64,000 nucleotides of DNA from an uncultured Gammaproteobacteria bacterium (GTDB taxonomy: Bacteria > Pseudomonadota > Gammaproteobacteria > JACCXJ01), in NCBI GenBank assembly GCA_963764725.1, contig CAVXTM010000018.1, positions 576,001 to 640,000 on the forward strand, given 5' to 3'. Under the pieces are notes generated by a model. That model did no database searches. It saw only the letters and a program-made list of their open reading frames with translations, and was not told where the DNA came from. The position numbers and the translations under genes were made by a program. The number at the start of each line of letters is the position of its first letter. Positions within the stretch are counted from its first letter, which is position 1. This document shows, one piece after another, positions 51,932 to 62,195 of this stretch.

Positions 51932-53755
51932 ATGGATCGGCCCACGACGTTGATTAAGGCAAGCCTCCGGCTCGTGTGTACGGGGCTCTTCGCCGTATCG
52001 GCTGCCGTCGCTCAATCTCCATCCGAGGACAGGGTATCGGAACAGTTGCGCCAGCGCATGGAGACTGGCTCTCTGGTGGTGCAGGGCGCGAACATCGGGG
52101 TCGAGGATCCGCTGCCCGAGTTCTATACCCGCCGCGATTTCCGCCGGGTCTGGACGCGCGCGGAGCAGGTGCAAGAGCTCCTGCGACTGCTTGCGACGTC
52201 CGGGGACCATGGGCTGAACCCGGAGGATTACTTTCTCAGCAAGCTGCAAGACCAAGTGAAAAACACCAGGCGCGATGGATCGCGACCGGTGACGGACCCG
52301 GCGGTTGCGGGAACGGGCATTGAGGATCAGGCGATACCGGACGAGGCGAGCCGGCTGGCAGAGCTGGACATACTGCTCACCGAAGCCCTGATCCGCTACG
52401 GTTACCACCGGCGTTTCGGCAAGGTGACTCCGACGACAGTAGAGCCCAATTGGAATTTCAAGCGGGCATTTGCGCCGGGTGTAGACCCGGTAGGCCTCCT
52501 CGAGGAGGCGGTCCATGCGAAGTCGCTCGCTGACTTCGTCGAGGAGCGGATCCCACACGGCCCCTGGTACAAAAGGCTTCAGGCAGCTTTGAAGCACTAC
52601 CGGTCTATCGCGGCGTCCGGCGGCTGGGCTGCGGTGCCGACCGGTCGGGCGCTTAAGCCCGGCGGTGCTGATCCGAGGGTAGCGGCGTTGCGGGAGCGGC
52701 TCGGGATCACGGGCGATCTCCGTGCGCGCGGAGCCGGCTCCGGAAATTTATACGATGACGAACTGGAGCGGGCAGTGCGGCGTTTCCAGGACCGCCATGC
52801 ACTGAGCGTCGATGGCATAGTAGGTCGCCAGACATTGGCGGCGCTGAACGTGCCGCTGCAGGCCCGGATCGACCAGTTGCGCCTCTCCCTGGAGCGGGCG
52901 CGATGGGTACTCGAGAGTGTCGTCCCGCGCTATGTTGCGGTCAACACTGCCGGTTTTCGCGCAGCCATGGTCCGCGAGGGCAACGTCGTCTGGACAGCTC
53001 GGGTAGTCGTCGGACGGGCGTACCGGCAGACTCCGGTGTTCCGCGGCGAGATGCAATACTTGGTGCTCAACCCCACCTGGACGGTGCCGCCCGGGATCCT
53101 GCGCAACGACACGCTACCAAAGGTGAAGGAGGATCCCGATTACCTGCGGCGGGAAAACTTCCGGGTAATCGATCGCAATGGCCGCCGGGTCGATCCGTCA
53201 TCGGTCAACTGGCGGGCCTATGGCGGCAGCGTCCCGTATACGCTGCGTCAAGATCCGGGAGCGGACAATGCGCTCGGCCGAATCAAGTTCGTGTTCCCGA
53301 ACCCGCACGCCGTGTACCTGCATGATACGCCTGCCCGAAACCTCTTTGAGCAGCCGGAGCGTACCTTCAGTTCCGGCTGCATCCGGGTGGAAGATCCGTT
53401 TCGGCTGGCGGAGCTATTGCTCGACGATCCGAAATGGACGCGGCAAGCTCTGCAACGCGCGGTCGACGCGGGGAATACGCAGGTCGTGCGGCTGGGGGAG
53501 CCCGTGCCGGTATTCATCCTCTACTTCACCGCGACCGTGGATCCCGACGGGACGCTGCGGTTCTACAAGGATGTCTACGAGCGGGATGCCAGGCTGCTGG
53601 CCGCGCTGAACGGGGAAGTCCGGATCGATCTACCTCCGCTGCCCATTCCCCTCGAATCGAATTTCCGGGCGGCATCTACTATGTCACTTCACGCGGTGGC
53701 CGGGACAGACGCCGCTCCCCGTCGAAGGGGCGCATCCACCAGGGTCGCGCAGTAA
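51932..53755 (+). CDS. L,D-transpeptidase, YcbB/LdtD-like
   Basis: DGIVG PG-binding motif, LNPTWTVP, YLHDTP...SSGCIRV. Confidence 0.92.
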   Translation: MDRPTTLIKASLRLVCTGLFAVSAAVAQSPSEDRVSEQLRQRMETGSLVVQGANIGVEDPLPEFYTRRDFRRVWTRAEQVQELLRLLATSGDHGLNPEDYFLSKLQDQVKNTRRDGSRPVTDPAVAGTGIEDQAIPDEASRLAELDILLTEALIRYGYHRRFGKVTPTTVEPNWNFKRAFAPGVDPVGLLEEAVHAKSLADFVEERIPHGPWYKRLQAALKHYRSIAASGGWAAVPTGRALKPGGADPRVAALRERLGITGDLRARGAGSGNLYDDELERAVRRFQDRHALSVDGIVGRQTLAALNVPLQARIDQLRLSLERARWVLESVVPRYVAVNTAGFRAAMVREGNVVWTARVVVGRAYRQTPVFRGEMQYLVLNPTWTVPPGILRNDTLPKVKEDPDYLRRENFRVIDRNGRRVDPSSVNWRAYGGSVPYTLRQDPGADNALGRIKFVFPNPHAVYLHDTPARNLFEQPERTFSSGCIRVEDPFRLAELLLDDPKWTRQALQRAVDAGNTQVVRLGEPVPVFILYFTATVDPDGTLRFYKDVYERDARLLAALNGEVRIDLPPLPIPLESNFRAASTMSLHAVAGTDAAPRRRGASTRVAQ

Positions 53756-53852
53756 AAGGGCCGCCTTGCAGCGACACGTCCGCTCATCCAAATGTGAACG
53801 CGGGCCGCGGCTCGCTCCAATCGTCATGCCCGTCGTTAACGCTACCGTCGCA

Positions 53853-54158
53853 ATGATGCAACGCGTTATCCGTAAAGCCAAGGCACGCGGCGTCGCCTTG
53901 GAGGTGAATGCCCATACGCAGCGGCTTGACATGCTCGACATTTACTGTCAGATGGCTAAGGAGGAAGGGGCGCGCGTGGCGATCAATTCCGATGCCCACA
54001 ATACTTTCGAGCTCGATGGCCTGCGCTTTGGTGTCGGGCAGGCGCGGCGCGGATGGCTGGAAAAGCAGGACATCCTCAACACCCGGAGTTTAAAGGAGCT
54101 CAGCGTTCTGCTTCACAGGACTTCGAAACAGGACACTTGTCGGTATGTCAGTTCATAA
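53853..54158 (+). pseudogene. PHP-domain C-terminal fragment of PolX-like protein
   Basis: LEVNAH..RLD...INSDAH...GVGQARRGW. Confidence 0.78.
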
Positions 54159-54252
54159 TGCGCGGCAAGAGCACCTTCCGTCCTTCTTCCGAAAGCTGGA
54201 GCACGGCTAGTCCGCTCGCGGGCGTCGTCCACGGCTGCACGACGGGCGAGCG

Positions 54253-56250
54253 TCAGAGCCCGAACGGGTAGGTGTCGGGCAGCTCCTCCGATGTGGGCCG
54301 CCGAACCGCCTCCAGCGGCTGCACCGCGCGCGTCTCGTCGAACCAGAGATACTCGTCGAACTGCTGCGGTAGGCTCGCCAGGAAGTAGTGGCTGGCGAGT
54401 TCCGTCTCGGGCCGATACACGACGCCGATGGCCCGCTCGAGGCGCGGCGGCGCCAACTCTTCGCGGACGGCCGCGCGCGCGGGCTCCCGTAGGTGCAACG
54501 CGCACGCGCGCACACCGGTGTCGTGGAAGATGCGTTCGTAGCTGGCCTCGTGGGCGGGGCGCACGGACATCCTCTCCATGGGCTCGTCCCAGTCGGAAGC
54601 CGCCGCGACGGTCCCTCGATCGGTGCCGAAGCCGACGATGTACGCGGCTTCGCCGTAGGCGACGCGGCACAGCTGCCCGACGTTGTGCTCGCCACGAACG
54701 CTCATCTCGGTAGCGCTGGCGTCGCCCACGTGCGAGTTGTGCTCCCAGACGATCCCCTTCGAACCGGGGCCGTAGAAGGCGAGCAGCGACTGCAGCGTGT
54801 CGAACATGTGCGCGTCTCGCAGGTTCCAGGACGCGACCGAACCGTAGTACAGGGCGCGGTAGTAACGCTCCGCGTCCGCGACCAGGCGCGCATTCTGCGC
54901 GGCATCGAAGAAGCGCTCGCCGTCCTTCTGCGCGTACTCGATCCTGCGCGCCAGCATGTCGCGGAGCATGGCGACCACGGCCTGCTCCGCGCTCTCGTAG
55001 CGCCCCGCCAGCACGGCCCGGCCATAGGCCCCCGGGTCCTGTTGCCACGGCGTCAATGTGCCGTACCTCTGCCGCGCGACGCGCGACGCGGTGGGATCGA
55101 CCTCGTCGAGGTAGGCGAGGACCGCCGCGATGGACGTGAACAGGCTGTAGAGGTCGAGCCCGTGGAAGCCGACCCTGGCCGCGCCGACATCGAGCGCCGC
55201 GTTGTGCACGCGCAGCCACTCGACCAGCTCGTGGACTTCCTCGTTCCTCCACATCCAGGTGGGAAAGCGCGAGAAGGGGGTGAACCCGGGCGTCGAGCGC
55301 GGCCTCTCCCCGCGCACGTAGTCGTCGATGCGCGCCGCGTCGGGCCAGTCGGCCTCGACGGCTACGAACTGGAAGCCCCGCCGGCTCACCAGCTCCTTCG
55401 TGATCCGTGCCCGCATGCGGTAGAACTCGCTCGTCCCGTGCGTCGACTCGCCGAGCAGGACCAGGCGAGCGTCGGCGATCCGCTCAAGCAGCGCGTCGAG
55501 GGCGGTGGTCTCGATGTCGTCGATCGGCTCGGCCGCCTCGCGGAGGAGGGTCGGGAGCCCGGTCGATCTCGTCGGGAAACGGGCGCCGCGCAGGCGAGCC
55601 GGCTCCTCGCCCCACCCTTGCTCCCCGACCAGCGGCACGAAGCGCACTTCGGCGATCGGCTCTTGCCGGTAGTCCGTTTCGCCGTCTCGGGTAACACGGA
55701 CCAACGTCTGCAGCGCCTCGTCGGGACCGACAGGCAGGACCAGCCGACCGCCGACGGCTAGCTGCTCGAGCAGCGCGCGAGGCACCCGGGGGGCGCCCGC
55801 CGAAACTACGATTGCGTCGTACGGCGCGTGCTCCGCCCACCCGACGGAGCCGTCCGCGCAGAGTATGTGGATATTCTCATAGCCGAGGCGCGCGAGGCGC
55901 TTGCGCGCCTCTTCGAAGAGGGAGCGCACGCGCTCGACCGTGTACACCTCGGAGGTCAGCCGACTCAGGATCGCTGCGGCGTACCCGGAGCCGGTGCCGA
56001 TCTCCAGTACGCGTTCCCCTCCGCGGAGCCCGAGCGCCTCGACGGTCATCGCCACCACGTGCGGCTGCGAGATCGTCTGCCCTTCGCCTATGGGCAGCGG
56101 CGTGTCCTCGTATGCGAACTCGGCGAGCCGTGGCGGCAGGAACACCTCTCGCGGCACGCTACGGAACGCCTCGAGGATGCGCCGGTCCGTGATGCCTCGC
56201 CGCGCGAGGACCTCGGTCATCCGCTCGCGCAGACCTTCGAATTCGATCAT
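54253..56250 (-). CDS. Protein-L-isoaspartate O-methyltransferase fused to erythromycin-esterase-like domain
   Basis: QTISQP, VLEIGTGSGY; LGESTHGTSEFY, EADWPD, WEHNSH, ERAIGVVY. Confidence 0.92.
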   Translation of the reverse strand: MIEFEGLRERMTEVLARRGITDRRILEAFRSVPREVFLPPRLAEFAYEDTPLPIGEGQTISQPHVVAMTVEALGLRGGERVLEIGTGSGYAAAILSRLTSEVYTVERVRSLFEEARKRLARLGYENIHILCADGSVGWAEHAPYDAIVVSAGAPRVPRALLEQLAVGGRLVLPVGPDEALQTLVRVTRDGETDYRQEPIAEVRFVPLVGEQGWGEEPARLRGARFPTRSTGLPTLLREAAEPIDDIETTALDALLERIADARLVLLGESTHGTSEFYRMRARITKELVSRRGFQFVAVEADWPDAARIDDYVRGERPRSTPGFTPFSRFPTWMWRNEEVHELVEWLRVHNAALDVGAARVGFHGLDLYSLFTSIAAVLAYLDEVDPTASRVARQRYGTLTPWQQDPGAYGRAVLAGRYESAEQAVVAMLRDMLARRIEYAQKDGERFFDAAQNARLVADAERYYRALYYGSVASWNLRDAHMFDTLQSLLAFYGPGSKGIVWEHNSHVGDASATEMSVRGEHNVGQLCRVAYGEAAYIVGFGTDRGTVAAASDWDEPMERMSVRPAHEASYERIFHDTGVRACALHLREPARAAVREELAPPRLERAIGVVYRPETELASHYFLASLPQQFDEYLWFDETRAVQPLEAVRRPTSEELPDTYPFGL

Positions 56251-56298
56251 GCTTGCCCTGCGTCGCTCACCGACCCGTCGGGTTCATCCTGCGATCGG

Positions 56299-56312
56299 CT
56301 GATCCAGATCAA
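56299..56312. promoter_or_regulatory. FNR-like site
   Basis: CTGAT-CCAG-ATCAA between divergent Pcm-fusion and BON genes. Confidence 0.55.
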
Positions 56313-56390
56313 GAAAGCCGTACGGGATCTTCTTATCCTAGCTTTTAACGGAGTTAAAATACAGTTTAATTTCATTTGAAGGGTAAGGGT

Positions 56391-57038
56391 ATGAAAACAG
56401 ACCGTCAGATTCAAAAAGATGTCATGGATGAGCTGGCTTTTGATCCGAGTGTAACATCCGAGAACATTGGAGTGTCAGTAAAGGGCGGCGTGGTCACGCT
56501 CAGTGGGTTTGTGCCAAGTTACGGCGAGAAATATGCGGCTGAGAGAGCGGCATTTCGCGTAGCCGGCGTTAAAGCCGTGGCTGAGGAGATCGATGTAAAA
56601 TTACCGGGGTCAAGTATTAAAACAGATGTCGATATTGCAAAGGCAGCTGCCAATGCATTGGAATGGCGTAGCAATATTCCTTCTACTGTGCGAGTTTCGG
56701 TCGAAGATGGGCAAGTCATTCTACGGGGCGAAGTAGATTGGGCTTACCAGCGCGAGGCTGCCGCTGCCGCCGTACGCTTTTTGAACGGAGTTGTGGGCGT
56801 AACGAATCACATTGCGGTTCGCGCACGAGTGCGCCCTGATGACATCAAGGAGAGGATTGAAAAAGCCTTGGTGCGCTCAGCAGAAAAAGACGCGAAAAAG
56901 ATTCGTGTCGAGGCATGGGACGGCAAGGTTGTTCTTTCGGGAACAGTTCATTCTCGTTCTGAGTTTAACGATGCAATGCGGGCTGCTTGGGCGGTACCAG
57001 GCGTAACGAGCGTCGACAATCGCCTGTCGATTGGGTAA
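56391..57038 (+). CDS. Three-BON-domain protein (lower-GC homologue of 5111-5764)
   Basis: GVVTLSGFV, VILRGEVDW, AWAVPGV. Confidence 0.92.
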   Translation: MKTDRQIQKDVMDELAFDPSVTSENIGVSVKGGVVTLSGFVPSYGEKYAAERAAFRVAGVKAVAEEIDVKLPGSSIKTDVDIAKAAANALEWRSNIPSTVRVSVEDGQVILRGEVDWAYQREAAAAAVRFLNGVVGVTNHIAVRARVRPDDIKERIEKALVRSAEKDAKKIRVEAWDGKVVLSGTVHSRSEFNDAMRAAWAVPGVTSVDNRLSIG

Positions 57039-57039
57039 G

Positions 57040-57185
57040 GCCGCTGGCGCGGACGCCCGGGTCCGCGCTTGTCAGTGTGGGGTCCCACTTCATCGCAATG
57101 AGCTTTCGGTGCCAGGCCATCAGCGTATCAGGCGTCCCGGCGAGGCTTAACTGCAGCGCCACGGCCAAGGGGCTGGGATCATCTT
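57040..57185 (-). mobile_element. Integrase-core-type transposase remnant
   Basis: LAV...TPDTLMAWHRKLIAMKWD. Confidence 0.6.
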
Positions 57186-57338
57186 CAGCGTGGCACGTTT
57201 CCGAGACCGGCCATTCCTGCATCGCGGCTTCTTCGATATGCCGGACGGACCTCCGGCATCAGCGCACCATGTCCCTTTGTTAAATCGGGTTGAAAGTCCT
57301 ATCCTGTTCCGCTTGAATTCTCGCGAGAGGAAACAACC

Positions 57339-57818
57339 ATGAGACGAATTCTCTGCACTGTAGTAGTGGTCTGTGCCGCGCTGGCCCTGGCCGCGCAGCC
57401 GATGGAGCCGATGAAGTCCTCCCCGGTGGCCAAACCGGCCGCAACTGCTGACGTGAAGCAGACATTGAAAGACCGGTTCCGCGAGTACACCGAAGCGCTG
57501 ACCAAGCGCGATCTGGCGGCGCTGGACAAAATCTGGGCCGAGGGCTACACCTTCACCAACGGCCGTGGCGAATTCCTCACCAAGAAGGACCGCATGGAGA
57601 ACATCAAGAGCGGCGCAACCCAATTCGACTCCATCAGCCGCGAGGACGAAGAGATCCAGGTCTTCGGAGACACAGCAGTGGTCACGGGCCGTGTCGTGCT
57701 GAAGGTCATCTATAGCGGCAAGGAAAGCAGCGGGCCATACCGTTTCACCAATGTCTGGGTGAAGATGCATGGGCGCTGGCAGATGGTTGCCAACCAGATC
57801 ACGCCCCTCGCGCAATAG
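57339..57818 (+). CDS. Exported NTF2-like (DUF4440) protein
   Basis: Signal peptide; DLAALDKI, VFGDTAVVTG, FTNVWVK..GRWQMV. Confidence 0.87.
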   Translation: MRRILCTVVVVCAALALAAQPMEPMKSSPVAKPAATADVKQTLKDRFREYTEALTKRDLAALDKIWAEGYTFTNGRGEFLTKKDRMENIKSGATQFDSISREDEEIQVFGDTAVVTGRVVLKVIYSGKESSGPYRFTNVWVKMHGRWQMVANQITPLAQ

Positions 57819-57866
57819 CGAAGAGACAATTGTGGGTCGTAGTCGAGGGCAGTGGGTAAGAGCACT

Positions 57867-57935
57867 CGATACGATTCTTCAACCAGCTGGGCCTTGAAGC
57901 CGCCCCAGAACATGCGCTTGCCGTCGAAAGGCAGC
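57867..57935 (-). pseudogene. DUF1428 C-terminal fragment
   Basis: LPFDGKRMFWGGF. Confidence 0.6.
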
Positions 57936-57936
57936 G

Positions 57937-58434
57937 CTACCCCGCGTACGCCCGCTTCAGTCCGTCGATGTCGAGCTTTTTCATTTGCAGCATCGCCGCC
58001 ATCACCCTTTCCGATTTTACGTAATCGGGGTCGGTCATCATCTCGATCAGGGCGACAGGCACCACCTGCCACGACACACCGTATTTGTCCTTGAGCCAGC
58101 CGCATTGCTGGGCCGCTTCGTCGCCGCCCTCGGACAGCTTTTGCCAATAATGGTCCACTTCTCTCTGCGTCTCGCAATTGATCTGGAACGAAATCGCTTC
58201 GTTGAACTTGAATAGCGGGCCGCCGTTGAGGGCGGTAAACGCATGTCCATCGAGCTCGAACGCGACGACCATCACCGAGCCCACCGCTCTTCCATGAATT
58301 TCATGCCCCGCTTCCCCATACCGGGAAATATTGGTGATCTTTGAATTCTCGAAAATGCTGGTGTAGAACTTTGCCGCTTCTTCGGCTTGATTGTCGAACC
58401 ACAAGCAAGGAGCGATTTTTTGCAGCTTCAGCAT
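57937..58434 (-). CDS. VOC/PhnB-like protein
   Basis: PCLWFDNQAEEA, ALNGGP, CGWLKDKYGVSWQ. Confidence 0.92.
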   Translation of the reverse strand: MLKLQKIAPCLWFDNQAEEAAKFYTSIFENSKITNISRYGEAGHEIHGRAVGSVMVVAFELDGHAFTALNGGPLFKFNEAISFQINCETQREVDHYWQKLSEGGDEAAQQCGWLKDKYGVSWQVVPVALIEMMTDPDYVKSERVMAAMLQMKKLDIDGLKRAYAG

Positions 58435-58504
58435 GATGTTTTCCTTTCAGTTTGTCTTGGTTGCACTGTGATTGACTGGATACATGGGTTTTTTGTTCGT
58501 TCAA

Positions 58505-59218
58505 TTACGTCTCGTGGCGTGGCTGCTTGCCGTACTCGTCGTGGCGGCGCCACCACTCATACGGTGGGGTTTGCGGCGTGCCAGCCGGTGAGTCCTCCCA
58601 GGTTTCCTGGCGGCCGAACGGTGTCATGTCAAGCAGGCCCCAGGTGGCTCCGATCGCTTCGGTGCCACGCGCACTGGTGTAGTACGTGTAGAAAATGCCG
58701 TCACCGTCGCGGAGAAATACGTTGACCCGGTGTAATTCCTCGTCGTCTTTCGTGACACCGATGTCGACGTTGAAGTCGTTCTTGGCCGAGGAGTACCACG
58801 GCAAGGTCCAACCCATGCGCTTCCTGTATCGCTCGATATTCTCGAGCGGTGCTCGCGACACCAGCACGAGGGACACATCGCGAGCGTGCAGGTGGTCGGT
58901 GTTTCCGATGTTATCGACGACGAACGAGCAGCCGGGGCAACCCGCCGTGGGCCAGCCGTTGACGCCGGGCGCGAACATGAAGCTGTAGAGGATGAGCTGG
59001 CGGCGTCCCTCGAACAGGTCGCGGAGACTTGCCGTGCCTTGGGGTCCCTCGAAGACGTAGTTCTTTTCGATCCTGAGCCTCGGCAGCCTGCGACGTTCCG
59101 CGGCCAGCGCGTCTCGCGCACGGGTGGCCGCTTTTTCTTTGGCGAGCAGTTTATCGTGAGCTGCTTGCCACTCGGTTTGGGATACGATTTCGGGGTGTGG
59201 AATAGTTGCTTCAGTCAT
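58505..59218 (-). CDS. DUF899 thioredoxin-like protein
   Basis: ERRRLP, LFEGRRQL, CPGCS, LDMTPFGRQE. Confidence 0.9.
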   Translation of the reverse strand: MTEATIPHPEIVSQTEWQAAHDKLLAKEKAATRARDALAAERRRLPRLRIEKNYVFEGPQGTASLRDLFEGRRQLILYSFMFAPGVNGWPTAGCPGCSFVVDNIGNTDHLHARDVSLVLVSRAPLENIERYRKRMGWTLPWYSSAKNDFNVDIGVTKDDEELHRVNVFLRDGDGIFYTYYTSARGTEAIGATWGLLDMTPFGRQETWEDSPAGTPQTPPYEWWRRHDEYGKQPRHET

Positions 59219-59396
59219 GGTCGTCTCCTTTGTCGGTGTTTCCAGTTACTTGCGAAGATTCATCTTTCCGTTCCGATCTCCCGGACTGGATGCTTGTGCT
59301 GCACCCAAACCGCGTCATAACGAGAGCGGCCAGCCCGCCCGCAGTACTGCCAGCGGTGGCCATCAACGCAATGGATGCCATGCATAGGGGACACAT
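59211..59396 (-). CDS. Small CxxC membrane peptide
   Basis: MCPLC plus hydrophobic helix; overlaps the DUF899 start. Confidence 0.55.
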   Translation of the reverse strand: MCPLCMASIALMATAGSTAGGLAALVMTRFGCSTSIQSGRSERKDESSQVTGNTDKGDDHD

Positions 59397-59418
59397 CGAA
59401 ATTCACATCCAATTGTGA

Positions 59419-59790
59419 TTAGCCGTAGCGCCGCTCCACTCTGAGCGCTTCCTCGACCGGACGGACTTCGATATTGCCCAGCCGTGCCGATGGCCATTTG
59501 GATGCCACCTGGATGGCCTCATTCAGGTCCCGAGCATTGATCAGGAAGAATCCGCCCAGCTGCTCCTTCGTCTCTGCGAAGGGGCCATCGGTCACCGACA
59601 GCTTGCCGTTGCGAACCCGCAGGGTCGCCGCAGTCCGGGCGCTTTGCAGGGCGTTGGTGAGGATCAGGTGACCGCTTCGCTGTAGCGCTTCGGCATAGAC
59701 CAGGGTTTCCTTCCTTAGCGCATCCCACTCGCTTCGCGACATCGCATGGAACGTTTCTTCAGCTTCGTAAGCCAGGCACAGGTATTTCAT
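59419..59790 (-). CDS. YciI family (DGPF) protein
   Basis: TDGPFAETKEQLGGF, IEVRP. Confidence 0.92.
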   Translation of the reverse strand: MKYLCLAYEAEETFHAMSRSEWDALRKETLVYAEALQRSGHLILTNALQSARTAATLRVRNGKLSVTDGPFAETKEQLGGFFLINARDLNEAIQVASKWPSARLGNIEVRPVEEALRVERRYG

Positions 59791-60266
59791 TGCATGCTCC
59801 AGGTCAGGGATTTGGCATCGAGGTCAGTACCATCCACGACACGCCGAAGCGGTCGGCCATGATGTCTCCCTTCAGGGTTTGGTTTATTGCTGACAATTAG
59901 TCGAATGCGGTTGCGCGAAATCGACATCAATCCCTGAATTCTTTCTATTGGTTGTCTATTCCTCGCAGCGTCTCCGGGACTTCTTCTGGATCACGCACGG
60001 ACCAATTAACCATGCTTAGGCGCGAGGGGGCTAAACACCGGAAGGACGGCTGTCATTCCCGAACATCCGTATGCAACTAAAACGAGCACCGGGCAAGGTC
60101 TGCCGAAATCACCATGCCCGGCGACTGTCACGAGTCGCCACGTTTCATGGAGCCCGGCCGTCGGTGTTCTGGAGAGACTCCAGCTCCTCTAACAGCAGCA
60201 AACTTTGCTGCCCAACTTGCAAGCTCCGACAATACGGATTACGAAGTGCCTGCACCTTTCACTGAT

Positions 60267-60818
60267 TCACCCTCGAACCTTTTCATAGATCGCTTCAACG
60301 GCTACCGATAAGCCCACCGAGTGCAAATGCATCGTATCGCTCTCAGTGCACGTCTCAAGCTCCCATCCATCGGAGGTGCGGCGGTAGATACGGATTTCGC
60401 AGGAGTCCTGAGCGACCATGACATACTCTTGCAAGCTGTCGAGTGTTTGGTAAGCGACGCGTTTTTCCAGATTGTCCCGTACTTCAGTCGAGGGCGACAG
60501 CACTTCGATAATAAGCACCGGATACTCGCAATAATAGTCCTGGGATTCGCGTGGGTCGCAGGTCACAACGAGATCGGGATAATAAAATGCTTCTCCTACC
60601 CGGACCTTTACATCGGACATGAATACCTGGCAGGGTTGGCTCCGAAGATGGATATTTAAGGCGGTGTGCAGATTCCCCGCGATCTGGTTGTGATTGCGGC
60701 TCGCGCCGACCATCGCGTACACCTGCCCGGCGATGTATTCATGCTTTATCGCACTGTTCTTTTCCCCTTCCAAGTAATCTTCAGGGCGTATCGGAACTAA
60801 TTTTTGAACGGTAGGCAT
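60267..60818 (-). CDS. Uma2-family endonuclease
   Basis: KHEYIAG, YYPDLVV, IIEVLSPST, LQEYVMV. Confidence 0.9.
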   Translation of the reverse strand: MPTVQKLVPIRPEDYLEGEKNSAIKHEYIAGQVYAMVGASRNHNQIAGNLHTALNIHLRSQPCQVFMSDVKVRVGEAFYYPDLVVTCDPRESQDYYCEYPVLIIEVLSPSTEVRDNLEKRVAYQTLDSLQEYVMVAQDSCEIRIYRRTSDGWELETCTESDTMHLHSVGLSVAVEAIYEKVRG

Positions 60819-60893
60819 GACGAAAATTACTCCACGCTCAGCACACAAATCATAGCAGCTTCGTTGTGCTAATAGCTTTTCTAGCTTCACTTT

Positions 60894-61361
60894 CTATCTT
60901 AGCTGTATTGTCCTTACACTTGCCTCAGGCGGTCTGCGCGCGGTCGAAGTGACCTCTCCCTCCCCCCGCGCCCCGGCGATCGCTTTATTGTGGCGCAATG
61001 GCGTGCCCGCAGGAATAGTCCAAGTCTGCCGGACCTCCGGTGTCTCGGGTAAACCATAGCGCTTCTGAGCCTGTTTCGGCGACAGGGGACGACCGGCCCT
61101 GCTTCGCGAGGTCATGTGGTTACCGACCGCTAGCCCGTGCCGGGTTTCGTGCCGCGCCTGAGCACGGGTCGTGTAACGGATACCGTTATGGGTCTCGTGA
61201 GAGGCGTAGCCGTCGTGGCTGCATCCCGCGCCAGATCGCGCTTGAGTACCTTGTTCATGGCAGAGCGGGCAAACAGCTTTGCCAATACCCCGTACAGCGG
61301 CGGCGGGCGCCATGAAAAGCCCTGTTACGATCACCATACATAGTGGTCTATGGCGAAACAT
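60894..61361 (-). CDS. Hypothetical, possibly an orphan C-terminal toxin-like fragment
   Basis: Ala/Gly linker followed by a basic domain; no clear start. Confidence 0.35.
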   Translation of the reverse strand: MFRHRPLCMVIVTGLFMAPAAAVRGIGKAVCPLCHEQGTQARSGAGCSHDGYASHETHNGIRYTTRAQARHETRHGLAVGNHMTSRSRAGRPLSPKQAQKRYGLPETPEVRQTWTIPAGTPLRHNKAIAGARGEGEVTSTARRPPEASVRTIQLR

Positions 61362-61602
61362 CAGGGACGACCTCCATCATTCAACCAAACGAAGGAATGC
61401 GCGGAAACCGCGTCGTTGCATCCGGCATTTCCTCATAGATATGCAGGGCTTCAAGCACCAACTGTGCATTGCCATGAATGGCACTGAGAGGCGTACGCAT
61501 TTCATAATATTGTCTTAAGGGCGCGCGGCGAAATGTAGTATCATCCGAGGCGTGATAAACACGCACTAGCGTCATATTTAACTAGCTGCGAGGCCTACGT
61601 CC

Positions 61603-61806
61603 ATGAAAGTCTTGCGCCGGCGGTTGGAAGGTGAAGCGACGGATACTCGAGATGAAATCAGTTCGGTCGTGAAAGATCCTGAGTTGTGGTTGGAGCTGCC
61701 TAATGACCAGTTGGGCGGTAAAATGCCTCAGGATCTGATTGGAACCCCAGAGGAAGAGAATTTACGAGATTTGATTCGCGCCATTAAGCACGGCATACCT
61801 CTATGA
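61603..61806 (+). CDS. Xre/MbcA/ParS-type antitoxin (C-terminal domain)
   Basis: WLELPNDQLGGKMPQDLI; ATGA overlap with RES gene. Confidence 0.8.
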   Translation: MKVLRRRLEGEATDTRDEISSVVKDPELWLELPNDQLGGKMPQDLIGTPEEENLRDLIRAIKHGIPL

Positions 61807-62195
61807 ATCTCTGGGCCTGTGGTCAACTGTCCACAAGCCCGGAAATCCAGACCTGGTACCGAGCCATTCAGCCGCAGTTCTGGACGACGGCACTGCAAAC
61901 GTCGCAAACAACGACGTTTCCCACCCGGTTTAACGAAGGCGCCAACGCCCACCCGCAGTTCGAGATCCTGTATTTGGCGGAAGATCACCAACTTGCACTC
62001 TTTGAGGCGCAAGCGCTTTTGGGCTCACCGTTAACCCCGGGTAGTATCGTGCCCCAACCCCGGAAAGCCTGGGTAATCCTGAACGTCCAGGTTGTGCTGC
62101 AGGCAGTCGCCGATTTAACGCAGGTGACTTCACAAAACATCGTCGGTACGACGGCGCAGGAACGCACTGGTGATTGTCGCGGCTATACGCTCCGC
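61803..62195 (+). pseudogene. RES-domain toxin, truncated
   Basis: WYRAI...TRFN...LYLAED...ALFEA...VADLT; breaks into the restriction gene fragment. Confidence 0.75.

Noticed and set aside
54113-55761. Long alternative-frame and antisense ORFs
   Set aside because: GC-rich shadows of the Pcm-esterase gene; the same applies to shadows of ppsA, GH65 and oleate hydratase.
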